The notes under the pieces were generated by a model. That model was given only the letters and a program-made list of their open reading frames with translations, had not been told where the DNA came from and made no database searches. The position numbers were made by a program, and so were the translations under genes. DNA of 55,903 nucleotides, counting the filler, from Platydemus manokwari (lineage: Eukaryota): NCBI GenBank assembly GCA_037951405.1. It is 5 parts of 5 records of this genome, joined end to end, with 100 filler letters (N's around TTAATTAATTAA, not from the genome) between each part and the next. Parts side by side here need not be neighbours in the genome. Positions count along the whole stretch, not along the records: positions 1 to 8,938 come from JBBMOY011302873.1; positions 9,039 to 21,533 come from JBBMOY010111122.1; 3 more parts are not named here. One strand, given 5' to 3'. Below are positions 1-14,420 of the stretch, in pieces. Every line of letters starts with the position of its first letter. The stretch's first letter is position 1.

Positions 1-88
1 TAACATGTTGTTCATTGTTCTAATTTAGAAATTTAAAAATTGCGAAACCCCTGGAGTGTACTGGTGGAACACTGGTTGAAAACCACTG
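1..88. mobile_element. Right end of a hAT (Buster/Charlie-type) DNA transposon
   Basis: Ends ...GGTTGAAAACCACTG at 88 (reverse complement CAGTGGTTTTCAACC, a typical Buster/Charlie TIR). The flank ATCTAATC has the NNNTANNN target pattern. Confidence 0.6.
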
Positions 89-1883
89 ATCTAATCATAT
101 ATTAAAACATCTTTTCAAAAGTGTCATTTTCATTTTTTTTGACGATTCTTCGACATCCTTTGTGCAATCAGGTATACCGCATAATTTGGCAATGGATGAT
201 GAAGGAGGAGTGTTTGGGAATATGATATAGCAATGCGATTAAACAAATCAAAGCTAAATATAGATCAAGAATTCCTAAATGTCTCAGACAAAGCCGACTA
301 TTCTTTGTTTAAAAAATCGATAAAATGCAGATCTGTCCATTGTGTTGATGGATTCGAGTGAAATTAATGCCCAATAATATTATTTGCAATTCAATATGAC
401 TTTTTCGTTACGGTCAGTTAATTAATGCCCATTCCGAATGTCCCATTTGGCATATGCCATGACATTTTGACATTTATTTTTATTAAACTTCATTTATGAC
501 AATTTCCATAACCTCCATTTCCTAATTTGGTCATTTTATTTTACCGATAGCCGATCATGGATTGAGTTTTGTGGATTTTTTTGTTACCTCGCAAGTACTG
601 TTTTTTTTTGGGTTTCTTTTCCATTTGCTTGACTTCAATTAAGAATATTGAATAAAAATTGATTCTCTTTTTGCCCCGTACATGTTCTTTATGATTTCCT
701 ATTCGCTTTTAATCAAATATTGTCTATCGATTTGAATCAAATACCAGATAATGGCGATCATAATGAAAATAAAAATATGCGAAAATATAACACGTCATGA
801 ACATCGTTGAGTATCGTTAATATTTTTTCTTTCAAACTCTACATAGTAATGATCACAAAAGATCCCTTTCTTTGATAGTAATTCCTTAATTATCTTATCA
901 TAGTCTTGTTTCTAGTATCATTATGCAACGAGTTAATTATTAAAATGATTTGCATTGAGAGATCTTTTGAAAAATTTGATGACTCTGCGCTATTAGAATC
1001 TGTCACTAATATGGGCTTTTGATATACAGATAATAGTGTGTATTTATATGTATGAGAACCGTTTTAGAATGCCCAATAACTTGTAACTCTTATAAAACAT
1101 GTTTAGGCCACGTCTAATCTATTTCAATGAAGTTTGTCTGATTCATAATGGAAAAAACATGGTACGTTCTACTAATTTTCGATGTGCTAATAACATATTA
1201 TTTGCGCAGCACACACTATATTTTCTATCACCTAGATCTCTTTTTCATTTTTGTCTAGCTGTGTGTGTTTAAGCGTATTACGATGTTTTTGTTGCGTTGG
1301 TGTTGTGCTTTGCTCAATTCATAAACACTGTGTATGAATTTCTGTTTTTTATTAATGTGGTTCGGTAATTATTCGGAAAAGAATGAAAGAAAATTCATCT
1401 TGAAAAACGTCATTCTTCCTGGATACGCTTTATTTTGTTTACAAGAAGCTAATGGAAACTATATATGGACAATATTAGGTTTGACTTGAGAATTGATGGT
1501 CTATAATGAAAAGATCGATAAATCTTCTGCAAAAATCTATGAAGTAGAATAATATTTTATTTCATAGTTGCACGGAATAATAATTCAAGAGAAATATATG
1601 ATTTTTGTTCGTCATACACGTTTTATAAGGTTGGATTTTTGTGAATTTGTTTCCGATACAAGAGAAAAATTGATTTGGTACAATCTCAATGGTGTTGATA
1701 TTACTGTTTTGATGTTGATTTTCGGACTGGTTTAGTGTGGAAATCTTTTGTGAGATTGAATGATAACATATTTCGACAAAATATTTTTATTATGTATAAT
1801 TATAATGTATTTAATAAGTTGATTATATTTTAATAATAACTAGATCTCATGATATAAACTGAATTATCAATCATTATCGAATG

Positions 1884-1919
<36 letters not shown>

Positions 1920-1920
1920 T
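1884..1920. repeat. (TAA)n microsatellite
   Basis: Tandem ATA/TAA triplets. Confidence 0.9.
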
Positions 1921-2894
1921 AATCATAATCCTTTACTGATATTTACAGCTTATATTTTCCGTAATTGTTTTATCGGTCTCAGATCGATTGTTGGGTACCA
2001 ACGAAGTAATTTGATGAAATCTCTAAAAATACATCAGTAAAACCTGTACAATAAAATTTCAAACAAAACTGAAATGTTTTTTCCTCTTCCAACGGTCGTA
2101 TAATGTTGACCAATATTTCAAGAGACAAATTATTATTCGTTGACCACAGATAAATGAATTAAATACAATCTAATAATCGAAGCCGGATCAATTTAATATA
2201 AATTTCGTTATGGATCGTTTTGTGAATAGTTGATGGCGAAAATAATATTTGACGAAAAAGATTTTTGCTTTCATTTCATTGACGGATGAATTGTAATAAT
2301 CGATATACAAATATAAATACATAGTATGGTAAATATAATAATATTTTGTTTTAATGTATCGAAATGATATTTTGTTTAAATGAATCTATTGATAATAAAT
2401 ATCTTATAATAACGATGTCACTACCATCACTTGACTTTATTTTATATGAAAAGCTTCATTAATTATGCGTAAAATATCATCTTCATTTTTGTCATATATT
2501 TTTCAATGAAGCAGATATATTTTCTTTCAACAATCTCTCTCAACACCTTGATAAATGATTATCTGCCATCTGTTTCTCATTTTATGTGGCATCACTGATC
2601 GAGATTTATTTATATCTTGTTGATGTCCGATATTAGTGTTTCGTTCTTTCCATTGAGCATTGCGTAGAAATCCAAGTTTTCCTGGAGATTTCGCTCCGAA
2701 AAATGTCATACATATATAAATCTATGTTGTATCCACGTTGCTATGGTGACAGTTGTGACGTGATTCAAACATCAATTGATAATAAATTATTAATGAGAAT
2801 TTTTACACGCACGCACAGGAATCTTTGATTATTGTGATTTTGTTTTTATTATTATCCGTCGGTCTTTCCTTAAATGAGTGTCATTTTTTGTCAG

Positions 2895-3190
2895 ACAACT
2901 CCAATAAAAACATATGCTTCAATCCGGCTATTCTGCTCAATTTGGGATCACTTGAAAGTCAGTCAAATGCAATATCTAAATCTCCCAATCAAATGCATTC
3001 TGATGTCAATGCGATCAGCAGTCCAAACAGTCAGCTACAATCAGAATCATCATCACCAATGCCTTCTAATTTCCGATTAAGTCCTCTAACATCGATATCG
3101 AATTTGCCTCGACGTAATATGCCTCAGATGAATAACCATATTCCTAACAAGCGACTTTGTCCAGATCTGCATCATTGGAACAGTCAATGA
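2895..3190 (+). CDS. Probable terminal coding exon of an unidentified gene (Ser/Pro/Gln/Asn-rich low-complexity tail)
   Basis: Acceptor catttttttgtcAG at 2893-2894, then an open, locally GC-enriched frame (..SPNQMHSDVNAISSPNSQLQSESSSPMPSNF..HHWNSQ*). No domain recognised and upstream exons not located. Confidence 0.4.
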
Positions 3191-4897
3191 TCGTGTAAAT
3201 AGTTCTTATTTTAATTTTTTTCTCATCTTTGTAAGTTGTGCGCGCATTTTTTAACGAAAAAAAAATCAATTTGTCTACAAAATCTATTGATTACTATTTT
3301 CTTCTATGAGAATTTATCTACTGATTGATAGAAAGTAGATAATAAATTAATTGCAAAAAAATGTATTTTACATTTTATTTTCAAATCATTTTTAAATAGA
3401 TTGTAAAAAGCAAAGGCTAATATTGTGATTCAATCATGTTTTTTTATTTTGATTTTGAACGAAAAAAAAGAAAACCTTTTTAAATGGCATATAATTCATA
3501 TTTTATTTTAACCAGAGTGGTCTAGTTAACAAGAATTCTATAATCTATTATGGTGCCATGATTATGAACCTAGTTTCGATGTTTTATGTTTAAACTATTT
3601 ATATTGCTGCTCGTAATGAGCGCGCATCTGTATGTGAAACAAGTGTTGTTGTATGTCACCAATAGTAAATGATGTTGTAAGAATATTTGTTCATATTTGA
3701 TATATTGCACTGATTGTCACAACGAATAGTTTTGTATTGTATTTTACGTGAAATATATGGCTGATATTTTTATTAAATAAATCTCATATCCATACACATT
3801 CTTATTATCCACACGCTCACACACAACAAACACGATGCTTAATCAACAAATTATTATAATTATAATCAAATTATTATTATTATAATCAGAATTAATTATC
3901 AATATTATTATCTTTAAATTTATTAATAATAATAATAATATTTTCCTTTTTAAATATATTGATTTTATATTATTCGTTCTTATATTATTCTTTCGAAAAT
4001 TCGTTTTCTTTCTTATTTTTCGTATTGTTATTACTCAAAAGATTATTATAAATATTAATAATAAAATTAATTGTCATTAACATTTATCCTATCATTATTA
4101 TTATTAATAATTTAACAATAAATCATTTTGATTGGCTTAGAAATATTTAATTTCGATTCAGAAATATTTTATACATTATATTATTTATTTATTTATTTAA
4201 TTGAATTGTTTACTAACGGCATATTAGATTTATTTTTACAATTCATTAGGTATATATTTAAACAACGAATAAACAAAAGTCAATCATTATGTTTGGACAA
4301 TTTGTTCGAATTGGTTATATGAATGAATGTGCATCAATATTTGATTTATCAATCGGGACTGTCCTTGGATTATTTGTTAAAATCGTTACAGTGCAATAAA
4401 TTTGCAAAACATATCAATCAGATATTTTATATCATAAATTGCTGTCATATTCATCATCATTGTCATCTGATTGAAGTACATTTTGGAAGATTTAATCCTC
4501 TAATAAACTCAATTAAATCATATTTTTAACATCCTTATTTTATATTGATTTTATATTTATCGAGTCTTTATGGTTCACAAATTCTCTAAGTCTGATATAT
4601 TATGTAATAATCAATATAAATGACGAAATTGAAAACACACACACATATATATATTCTTTATTTTATTTAATCCTTTTCATTTTACCTCATAAAGCGATTA
4701 TTTTTCCATTTATGTGGTTGATAGTTGATATGCTCGGTTTATTCCTTGAACAATAAAAGATTTTATTGAAAATCAACAATTTATGCTGCGGGTTTTCGTA
4801 CTTTTGCTTGGGTAGAAAATCAAGAACATTTTAAAAAATCTATTGATCGTTCAAACTTAAAGCAGGCTAACATTGTATATTTAGCTCCACGTGGTCT

Positions 4898-5425
4898 GGT
4901 AACTAATGACGATAATAATAGTGTTTGGAAAATATAGGGATCTTTTCCAGATAAATCCCGCCAAAAAGTTAACCCACACCACCCAAAAAAGATTATAAAA
5001 AAGAGAAAATGAAAGAGAGGGTGAAATTGGGACATGCTATTAATAAATTGCTTTACCTCCAAATGATCTCATACAAGTAGCTGTCTACTAAGAATCGGTG
5101 TGTGTCGCATTTGCGCTAATTCTGCGTCTTGTATCTACAATGTACCAGAAAGATTCGATGGTTTGCGTGTGAACTCCAGTGGTTGGATCCACAAAGTTTT
5201 TGTTATGATTAACCGTTTGATGAGTATAATTTATGCCAATCATCATTTCAGTTTCTTGGTATGGTCTCTACATATCGCAAGTGATGATTGAGTCAGGAGC
5301 GATGCAGATCTATATTGTGTCTAGCAAAGTGGCCACAGTTCTATATGCCACTGCATATATAAATACTTCTTTAGTCTCCCTGCAGGTCCCTTTGAAAATC
5401 CTCTATTGGGGAAGGACACACCTCC
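4898..5425 (-). mobile_element. Decayed Merlin (IS1016/ISXO2-like) transposase, C-terminal half of DDE domain
   Basis: Minus-strand translation with stops and a frameshift: IFKGTCRETKEVFIYAVAYRTVATLLDTI*ICIAPDSIITCDM*RPY...YTHQTVNHNKNFVDPTTGVHTQTIESFW...LVDSYLYEIIWR. The H-x-TVNH-x3-FVDP-x-TG-x-HTQ-x-IES-x-W motif is characteristic of the family. Element ends are approximate. Confidence 0.85.
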
Positions 5426-8400
5426 ATATTCTTTATTGAAATATAGAAATATTGTGAAAATATTGGATATCTTAAAAGCTCAATGTTATCTTTGAAAGTT
5501 GAGAGTCAAATATTATTGTGTATTTTAAATAAGTAAAACTGTTCAAAAGAGAAAGCCACAAAACAAAAAATGTCATAAAAATTCGGAAATGTAAACACGT
5601 GTTATCTTCTGTCATTTCCCTCTTTGATAGTAAAACATTCTCAAGTTCATTTTATCTGAATCGATCCGTTGATATTTTTAAAAATAGAATTCCACTAAAT
5701 TTATAACCTACTATACATCTTTGTGTAGAAATTAGTTTTACATTGGGATTTGTCAATCAAATTAATTTTTCTATTTAAGCTCTCGACAGTATGTTTGGTA
5801 GATCGCAAAATCAGCCAAAATGTTTGCAGGAACCAGGGAAATAATCGTAAAAATTATTGATACACTAGATCTGATAAGCACATATGCCATGGCCCAATCA
5901 GATTCGTTCTAATATTAATCCATATTTAGAAGTTAAAAATCGACAAGCACAAACCTACAAATGGCAGCAAACTCATATTTGTCAACAAGAGATACAAGGT
6001 AAATTGCAAGCAGATCAATGCCCAGACGAATTTAACCAATGAGAAAGGAAGACGCGTGACATCAAATAGGCACACTCAATAGATTTATAAAAGAGATTGA
6101 GTTCCATTAATAACTGCCAGTCTTATTTAGTTGATAACCTGTGTTTTATTCTTGACTTTAACGTGATTTTCAGCAGCCAATCTTTATGGTTGTTTTTTAT
6201 TATGTCTCAGACTTTCGAATCCAAATCTCACCTTGTGTGATAGACTATCGTTGATTTGAACAAAAGTTTAAGTGTATTTGTTCATAATTGAGCCTGTGAT
6301 ATTGTACTTTAATACAATTTTCAGGTTTATTTGTTAATTATTACCCAACAAGTACTTCATTATGCTTTGATTAGATGATGACTTTCAGAAAATGAAACTC
6401 CTTAAATTAGAGAAAAGGGATTACTGTTCTTTTTAAAATATACTTTTACGTAAAACTAACTCTCGTGTGCCTATCGTTATTATTAGTTGTTAGAAAAGAG
6501 AACCAAAAATACTTTCTATTTGTTATACGTTTACATTCAAATGCTTCCCTCGAGACCAAATTGTTCAATAGTGGTTTCTTACAATAATTTCTTTCCTTCA
6601 AATAATTCCACGCATTCCCTTTTGAATTTGAACTCACCTAATTGGAAAGTTGTAATAATTCTGTCAATTTAAGAAGCTGTTGTAACGAAAAGTTGTTGTT
6701 TATAATTTTTTTCAAAAATTTGTTTACCGGTATTTATCCCCTAAATTATGGTATCGTCGCGTGTTTTTTCTTATTATAAGCTCATTGTTTATTTTTTCAT
6801 CATTTAATCCGACCAATATTGAACGAAATGAAACTAACGAATGAAATAAACCCTTGTTTAAGCACTTTAAACGTCCGCATGCCAACGCAAAAATATCGAT
6901 GTAAAGATGGCCAACTGCCAGTTGGAGGCCAGGTTTTGGTTATGTTTTTGTGTAGTGCGAGTATTGGTTTCATAGTATCTTTGTATTTCTGTGAGTCGTG
7001 AAATAAAGTTAATTGCCTTCGGTTTTTGGAGTCACTGGTTATTCAGATGTTCAGAAATAGAAACCAACACCAATAATATTTATGTTTTAATTGCTTATTT
7101 AGCGATTTTTCCGTTTCGACTTTGTATTAATCTGCTTGAGCTATTTATTAAAGTTATTTTGAGAAAATTAGTGCTTTTTGCATTACGATTTTTATGTTAG
7201 ATTTATTACTATTAATGTTATTATTTTTCAATCTCACACGCATACCCACACACAGACATATATAAATGTGTGTCTGTGTGTGTATTTCTGCTTTCATGTT
7301 TTTGTATAATAATATTGATACCCAAAAATTTTATTAATTAAGTAAAATTGAACTTAATATCTTAAAAAATGAAAAGCAATCCCCGATGAAATAAATTATT
7401 GATATCTAAAATGATCGGCAATAAATTTTCTAGATTGAAGATTAATAACAAAAATTTATAAAAGATTTTTAGATAACCATTCAGAAAATGTATCAAATAT
7501 CGATAATTGTTGAGGATCAAATAATGGTCAGCCATTGTCAACAATTACATCAATATCAACAATCCATTGATCTCATCTATTAGTTAAAGCCCAGCCCAGC
7601 TCGATAACAAGTCTCAAATTAATCCCAATAATAAATCTGTCCTAATTTATTATTGTTCTACTCTTCATTCACTATTAAACTTCAAAATGAAATTGATAAA
7701 TTCCGAAATCCCAAATTCATCAATTCCCAATTCTGTTGTAGAGACATGTTAATATTTTTGAAACATAAATACCAATCACTAAATAATTCAACTTTGTCTT
7801 TTTGACTTTGATTACAAACTAATATCGAGAAATCTGAATTTCTTTTTCTATTTCCATGTTTTGATACTCCATTTGTTTTATGATACCAGTGCTGTTTGAA
7901 CTGGTCTCAGAGACAGCATCCTCTCAAGCCCAGCCTTAAGATGATCGGTTTTTTAACGATATTTAGTCAAAATAATCAAAATAACTCCCTTAAATAAAAT
8001 TTCATTTCTTAAAATTCAGTTAATGAATGACATATATGCCAGAGTATATTTGTGTTAAGATTATGCTGCATCGTTAAATCCTGAAGTATAAATAATTATT
8101 TTATAATCCATTCCGACATAGCACTATTAATCTCTATTAATCTATAAATTGCAAAATCCCAATATTAAAAACTATTTGGCAAAATCGGATTTATACAGTT
8201 CTAATTATACCGATGATAGTTTTATCACTGTTCCTTATTTTATACGACCACCATTTTTAAATTGGAAAATGTTTTTCTTTCCAAATCAATAGTTTAAATT
8301 ATTTTATTTTCGAATTTTTGAAAGAATCCTAAAAGTTTTTATTGATATTTTGAACTTGATCAGCATTCCGAAATTTAAAAATTGCCTAACGAAACATCGG

Positions 8401-8938
8401 TTCTTTGGAAAAATAAATGGAAATCATTTTAATTTATTGGCTGAAGTTAAGAAAAGCCTTAATACAATAAAGTTGTAAATTTCCTGTACTGTTTTTAAAA
8501 AAATTGTTTTATTAAATTCATTGAAAACATTTTGAATTTTTGGTTTAATCAGAATAAGAATGATTTTAGTCGTTTAGAATCTAAAATTAAGTTAACTTTA
8601 AGTGCGCCAAAATATTTCATAGTGTAACTAAATGAAAATTAATGATTTTCCCCTTTTTTGAAAACTTGAGAAGCAATTCGAATTTTCATATTTGTTTTAT
8701 GAAAACAATTAATTTGCAATTATCACAGGGTTTTGTGGGGTCATTTTAAATTATAAAATATTAAATAATAAAATATTATAAAAATAAAACTAAACAAATG
8801 ATTTATTATCATTCAAAAATTGCCCATATCACAGTTGCTTCTTATCGCAGTCCAAAACTGAAATGACAGAGGTAATGACTACATGATAAAGTTAAAATTA
8901 ACATTTGGTGTGAGACTTTATGAGTAAACCAGATAAAT

Positions 8939-9038
8939 NNNNNNNNNNNNNNNNNNNNNNNNNNNNNNNNNNNNNNNNNNNNTTAATTAATTAANNNNNN
9001 NNNNNNNNNNNNNNNNNNNNNNNNNNNNNNNNNNNNNN
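8939..9038. other. Assembly gap with TTAATTAATTAA linker
   Basis: N-run + TTAATTAATTAA + N-run, 100 nt in total. Confidence 0.95.
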
Positions 9039-9349
9039 ATATATTGAAGGAAGATGAGCTATTGGAAAATAATAGACTGAAATTGTAATTAATTCAATAT
9101 TCTAAAACAGGATAATTTTTATTAAATTAATTCAAGATAATAAATTCATATTTTCATGATCTTTCTCTGTCAATGTTTTATTAAATATCATGAATTCTAG
9201 GATATTGCTTTTTGAGGTTCGTGTGAAATATATTTCCAGTAAATATATATTCAATACCATTCTTTATTTAAATTAATAAAATATTTCATTAATTTCACGA
9301 ATCCTCATTCATCATTTCAGAGAAAGATATTTTCGCATAAACTACAAGG

Positions 9350-10430
9350 CATAGCAATTATCGACCATTATTATCAAAGGAAACATTCCCATCTTTTGTA
9401 CATACACAGCTTTCCATTGCCAACATATAAATTGCAAATACAAAGCTTTTGACCTTTAATCTTAACACTTTTATTATGTTTCCTTTATATATATTCTAGA
9501 ATTATTTTTCGAATTTTTAGAGGTCCGGTAAGCAAAAATAATAATTTTTACTACATACCAAGTAATGTTAAATCTTTCTTCTTTAAGCATTCATAATTTT
9601 TTTTCTTAACTCTATGAAATTTTGCTTTTTATTCTATAATATATCTATTAATGGTTTGATTTTTGAATAACCTTTTAAGAATAAAATAAAAATCTTTGAA
9701 TAATTTAATTAATTAATTGAAGCATGAAATATTAAATAATAATGCCTTAAAACTTTGATTCTGATTCTGATATTATAAATTGGAACTTATTATTAACAGG
9801 AATTAAAGATGTTTCTATTTTAATTGAAATTTCATAACTCTTTATTTCATTACATATTTTATCACAGAACTCTTTATATATCTTTTCAAACTTTATTGTA
9901 AGTTCCGACACAACAACTATCAGATTATAACCAGTTTTATAATCTTTGTTTAATAATTCTAACTTCGTTATTTAAAATAAGTTTCAGCTTTTGCATAACT
10001 TCGTTAATTTCTTTATCTTAATGTTTTCTATGAGCAATATCTGTTTTATTCTCTCGAATTCCTAAGTTTGTTATTTCATAACTATTTACATCTAAATAAT
10101 TTTTCATAACATCATGAAGTCCATATATATGATCAATATTTAAATCAAATTTTAATCATTTATATAAACGAAATAAGATATCCAATAATAATTGTCCAGA
10201 TAATTGTATTTGAATTTTATTATAAATTTGATGTCTTCTTATCAAAAGTATTTTCATTCTTCTTTATTTAATAGAATACTATATTGAAATTTGCTTAATA
10301 AATCGAAATTAAATCGGTTAAGGTTTAGAATAATAATTTGGCAAAAGATCAGATATTAACATATTGATTTGCCAATCAAGTACCAAATCATCTGCTAACA
10401 GTTGAGTGCTTGAATCTGACATAGAAAGAT
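9350..10430 (-). mobile_element. Possible heavily decayed non-LTR retrotransposon RT remnant
   Basis: Minus frame STQLLADDLVL (~10380-10412) resembles the (Y/F)ADD catalytic motif of LINE RTs. The downstream sequence is coding-like but full of stops. Confidence 0.3.
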
Positions 10431-10466
10431 TCCAGAACACGGGCAATTTTCGCCTATTTTATACGA

Positions 10467-11116
10467 CAGTGGTCTTCACACTTTTTGTGTTGCTACCCAA
10501 TTTACGAGTTCAAATTTTTTCGCGACCCCTAGGGACTAAAATAAAAATAATAAGGTAAATATTTGTAATAAAAAACTATTTTAAACACCAACAAATCAAA
10601 ATATATTTAATAATAACAACGGCTTTGCATATTCCATCATAAAATATCAAATCTTGTCTCTATTTCAGTGATCGCTGGTATTTCAGTACTAATTTCTGAT
10701 CCTAATATTCCTGGTCTTAATATAAGTCAGTGTCGAAAATGATTTTTCATACAAATAAGTTGATGCGAAAGTAAGAGAAAGTATGGCTAGTTCTGATAAT
10801 AGTAAATAATCTGTTTTTACACTAGCCCAAAAGGAGCTTAAGTTTTGTTTTTGAAAAATTTTCTTTCAAGCCCAAATCACTGAATCTTCTTGAGCTTTAA
10901 GTGAGAGATGATTCTTGTTGAGATTGCTTTTTGCATTAAGAAAAAATTTACTATTTTGTCGTCGAAAAATATCAATAAAATAAAAGAATAATTGTATTAA
11001 AAATTATTTAAAATTAGACTTCTCATATTTAAAGCACATTTTTTATGATTACATTACTATAACTCTGAAATTTCTGGGGCATCCAAAAGTTTTTTTGTGA
11101 CCTTTGAAGAACACTG
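10467..11116 (-). mobile_element. Internally deleted hAT (Buster/Charlie-type) element with transposase C-terminal dimerisation remnant
   Basis: TIRs CAGTGGTCTTCA (10467) and TGAAGAACACTG (11116). Minus frame LLTFASTYLYEKSFSTLTYIKTR matches the hATC motif LLPF.TTYLCE..FS....IKTK. Flanks TTATACGA and ATTTAGGG both have a central TA but are no longer identical. Confidence 0.8.
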
Positions 11117-13212
11117 ATTTAGGGAAATAATAGTCTTAAAATTTGAATGACAAAAATTCAATGAATAACTAAAACAATAGAAGCGTGAAAATTTCTATAA
11201 ATTGATAAACTAAACAACAATAGATAAAATAACTTAGTGATTTGAAAACAATAATTTTACATCACTCAACATAAAATTCACGCGTGTACTGCATAAGAGT
11301 TCAGATAGTTTCTTATTTAGAACTTTCAACAATGATGATAGATCAATGACTTATGGAATGTATGGTATATCTCTGTAAGCTATATCATATATGCCATACT
11401 CAAGAATGGCTACTCAGACTAGACCATAACCTTATTCTCAGTAAATTTATTAATAGTTAATATTTCTATCATATCTTTGTTCTATATCAGTTAAGTAAAT
11501 AAAAGTTTGTGCTTTATTCTCAGTCATAGTGAAAACCCTCAAAAGTTCCTAAATTCCACATCGCCAATCAAAATTCACTTAGAATCATCAATAAATCCTA
11601 TTCAACCTTTGAATATTCGTCGAAACATTCCATAGAAGATGCCAAAGCTTGAAAGCGAAATTACCAGTACCAATTCCTGATAATCTATCGTTATTGACAA
11701 TATATGCTAGCTATAAAGTCAAGCGATCATTTTTATTCGATAGAAATAGGTGGAGCACAAATAAGCAAACAATAAATAATAACATAACATCAATAAGTTC
11801 ATTAAGAAGATAAAGATGATAGTCAAAAGCACAATAAAAATAACAAAGTAAAAATATTGAGAAATTTTTTAACAATCTCCATCACTCTAAAGAAATAATA
11901 ATCTATATGAATATGAAGAATCAATTCTTTGAAAAACCAAACAATTAATAATCTGGTTCCGAAATTCCTAAGAATATATCGAGTAGTTTCAGTAAAGTGT
12001 TCCTTTTCGTGTCCTCCAAATTTTATCATTACTATTATTCAATAATATTGATCATGACCTAATCAATACTTGGAGTTCTGATCTGATGATTCCTTATCAA
12101 AATAAATAACAAAACCTTTCGAATATCAAAATATATTATTGCTATTACAATAAGAACTATTATGAATATTTTAGATGCTGCTTTTATACACTGAAAAGCT
12201 GGACAATTTCTTTCAATTCGCAGAAAAGCTTTAACGGTTAATAAGCTCCATAGAGAAGTAAAACCATTTAACATTGACCCTTGCTCTTGTAAATAAGATA
12301 TATATGTATATAAAACTATAAGAATAAAATAATTATAAATAAAATTACTTTTATCTCGAGTCTTTTAGCATTATGCATACCTGACTTCTCTAGAGAGAGA
12401 TCGCGAATTTGCAAACCCAACGTATTGGTGATTAATAATTTTGAAAATATAAAAACAAAATCATGTGAATTAAAATAATTCATAAAATTTAAAAACCAGA
12501 TGAATAAATTTGGTACCTAGGATATAATTGATCACAAGCAATTTATCATCAAGAAAATCAAGACAATAAAATAATTCATCGACGTTAAAAATAATCATTC
12601 GAGATTCTCTAATTCCGGAAAACAATTTCAAATTTAAATAAACGATTTTTCAACAAAACTTTACGAAATACAAATTCCAATAATTTTCACATGTACAGCA
12701 CCAAAAATTTCAGATAATTCATTAAACTATCAATAAACAACACACGTTTAATTCAATGTGACGTTATCGAAAGTGAGAAATATTAGAATGATCCCAGGAA
12801 TTTTATTTGAAAAATACTCCTCATTAATTACCATAAGTTTTCAATAACATTGATAATGATGAAGATATACGTATTAAAAAATATTTGTTTAAAATTCACA
12901 AATTGCATCCAATATCTTTCAAATACTATCAATAGAATCATTAAATCGAGTGCCATCAAAATGCCAAAACAATCACGGTAAGCAGAGATAATTTTTTAAA
13001 ATTAATTATACTACTTACAAAAGTAATCAGCTAAAAATTGGTAGAAAATTCCAAAAAATTACAAACTAATAAATAAATGAATCATGTTGTGAATTTATGC
13101 AATCAAAAAATTAGATCGACCTTTTTAACAATTCAATCGAATGACGCGAGAGATTCAACAAATATGTACAAATCAATAATCACTGACAAAATATTTATCA
13201 TTTAAATAACTG

Positions 13213-14420
13213 TTAATCACGAGGTGAGAGGTTGCGCCATTTAGCAATCTGAGCATAAATATCTCCACGTAAATGCTGTGCCAAACATATAACGATGATC
13301 TAGAATCGATTAATAAATAATGGAAACAGTTGTCAATGCAATTAAACCTGCAATATTGCTATTCCAACCATGACTCCTGCCACTGGAACGATGTTGTTTT
13401 CGATCCATTTTTGGCCAGCAAATACGCAACCAATCGTATAGATTCGTTCATTTCGTATTTTATCCATACTTTTATCTCGAATCATTCGCCCACATAACAG
13501 ATTTCTTATATTAGTCTATTGTTATTATTAAATATCAACTGATTTCAATTTATGAAGAAACCTTGGCCGTTGTTTTACAGCACGAAGGCGGCACAGCACA
13601 TTTTTCGGCACTAGGAGAACTACAATTGAAATACATATTCATATCCCAATCATTGGGTCCATCAATGCCACAACAAAGCAACTAAATTAATAAATCCGTT
13701 AAAGCTAATCGTAAATCAATATTTACCAAATTAACGTACTTGTAAGCAAAAGAATTAAAAATAAAAACGTTTTAACTCACCCAAATCTCTTGAACCCAAT
13801 CGATGAGATCTCTCAAATCAACATTTTCCCGATAATTAATCAGAATCGTTTTCAAATTCAATTTGATTTGATCAATAACCCAATCTTTATAAACAAATGT
13901 CAACACACAAACGATAACTTCCATACAAAATATTATGCCAATAGTAACACAAAACTAAAATAAATGTATCAATAATGGATAATATTTATCTTTCATAAAA
14001 TGGAGCATACCAACATTAACATAGTGGTATTTTCTCTTAATGCACCAAAGCAACCCAAAAATCCAATGGCAAAAAATAACATTCCAATGATAACAAAAAA
14101 TAGGACTGGGTCAATCGCTAGATGGGTAAAATTTTTGAGATTTGTAAAATAAGATTTCTCAGTCCATGCCCAAACACCAATAGCTATTATGATCAATCCT
14201 AAAATCTAAATTTTGATCATAATTATAAAATAGATTTATAGTCTCAATATACCATAAATATAACATTCAGACCAAATAGAAAATGCTTCAAAAAGCAACC
14301 GACTTCTGATTTTTCACGTCTTCTTCGTTGAGCACGTACTGCTCTATGATATAGCCTATCTAATGTAGCTATTCCAAAATATCTATCTCTACTATTAGCT
14401 CTGTTTGGACGACCAGACAT
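13213..14420 (-). CDS. Tetraspanin, TspanC8 subgroup (Tspan5/14/17/33-like), 303 aa, 6 exons
   Basis: Exons 14420-14253, 14205-14011, 13954-13781, 13681-13562, 13515-13348, 13299-13213; all introns GT-AG and phase 0 (47, 56, 99, 46, 48 nt). Protein MSGRPN..KHFLFGLNVIFM|ILGLIIIAIGVWAW..GFLGCFGALREN..|..DLRDLIDWVQEIW|LLCCGIDGPNDWDMNMYFNCSSPSAEKCAVPPSCCK..|..LLCG..IYTIGC..|IIVICLAQHLRGDI..RD*. Four TM helices, CCG motif and 8 Cys in the large extracellular loop. Confidence 0.95.

Noticed and set aside
5100-5439. Plus-strand 63- and 68-aa ORFs
   Set aside because: Antisense to the Merlin remnant.
8983-8994. TTAATTAATTAA as a biological motif or piggyBac site
   Set aside because: Always centred in 100-nt N gaps, so it is an assembly linker.
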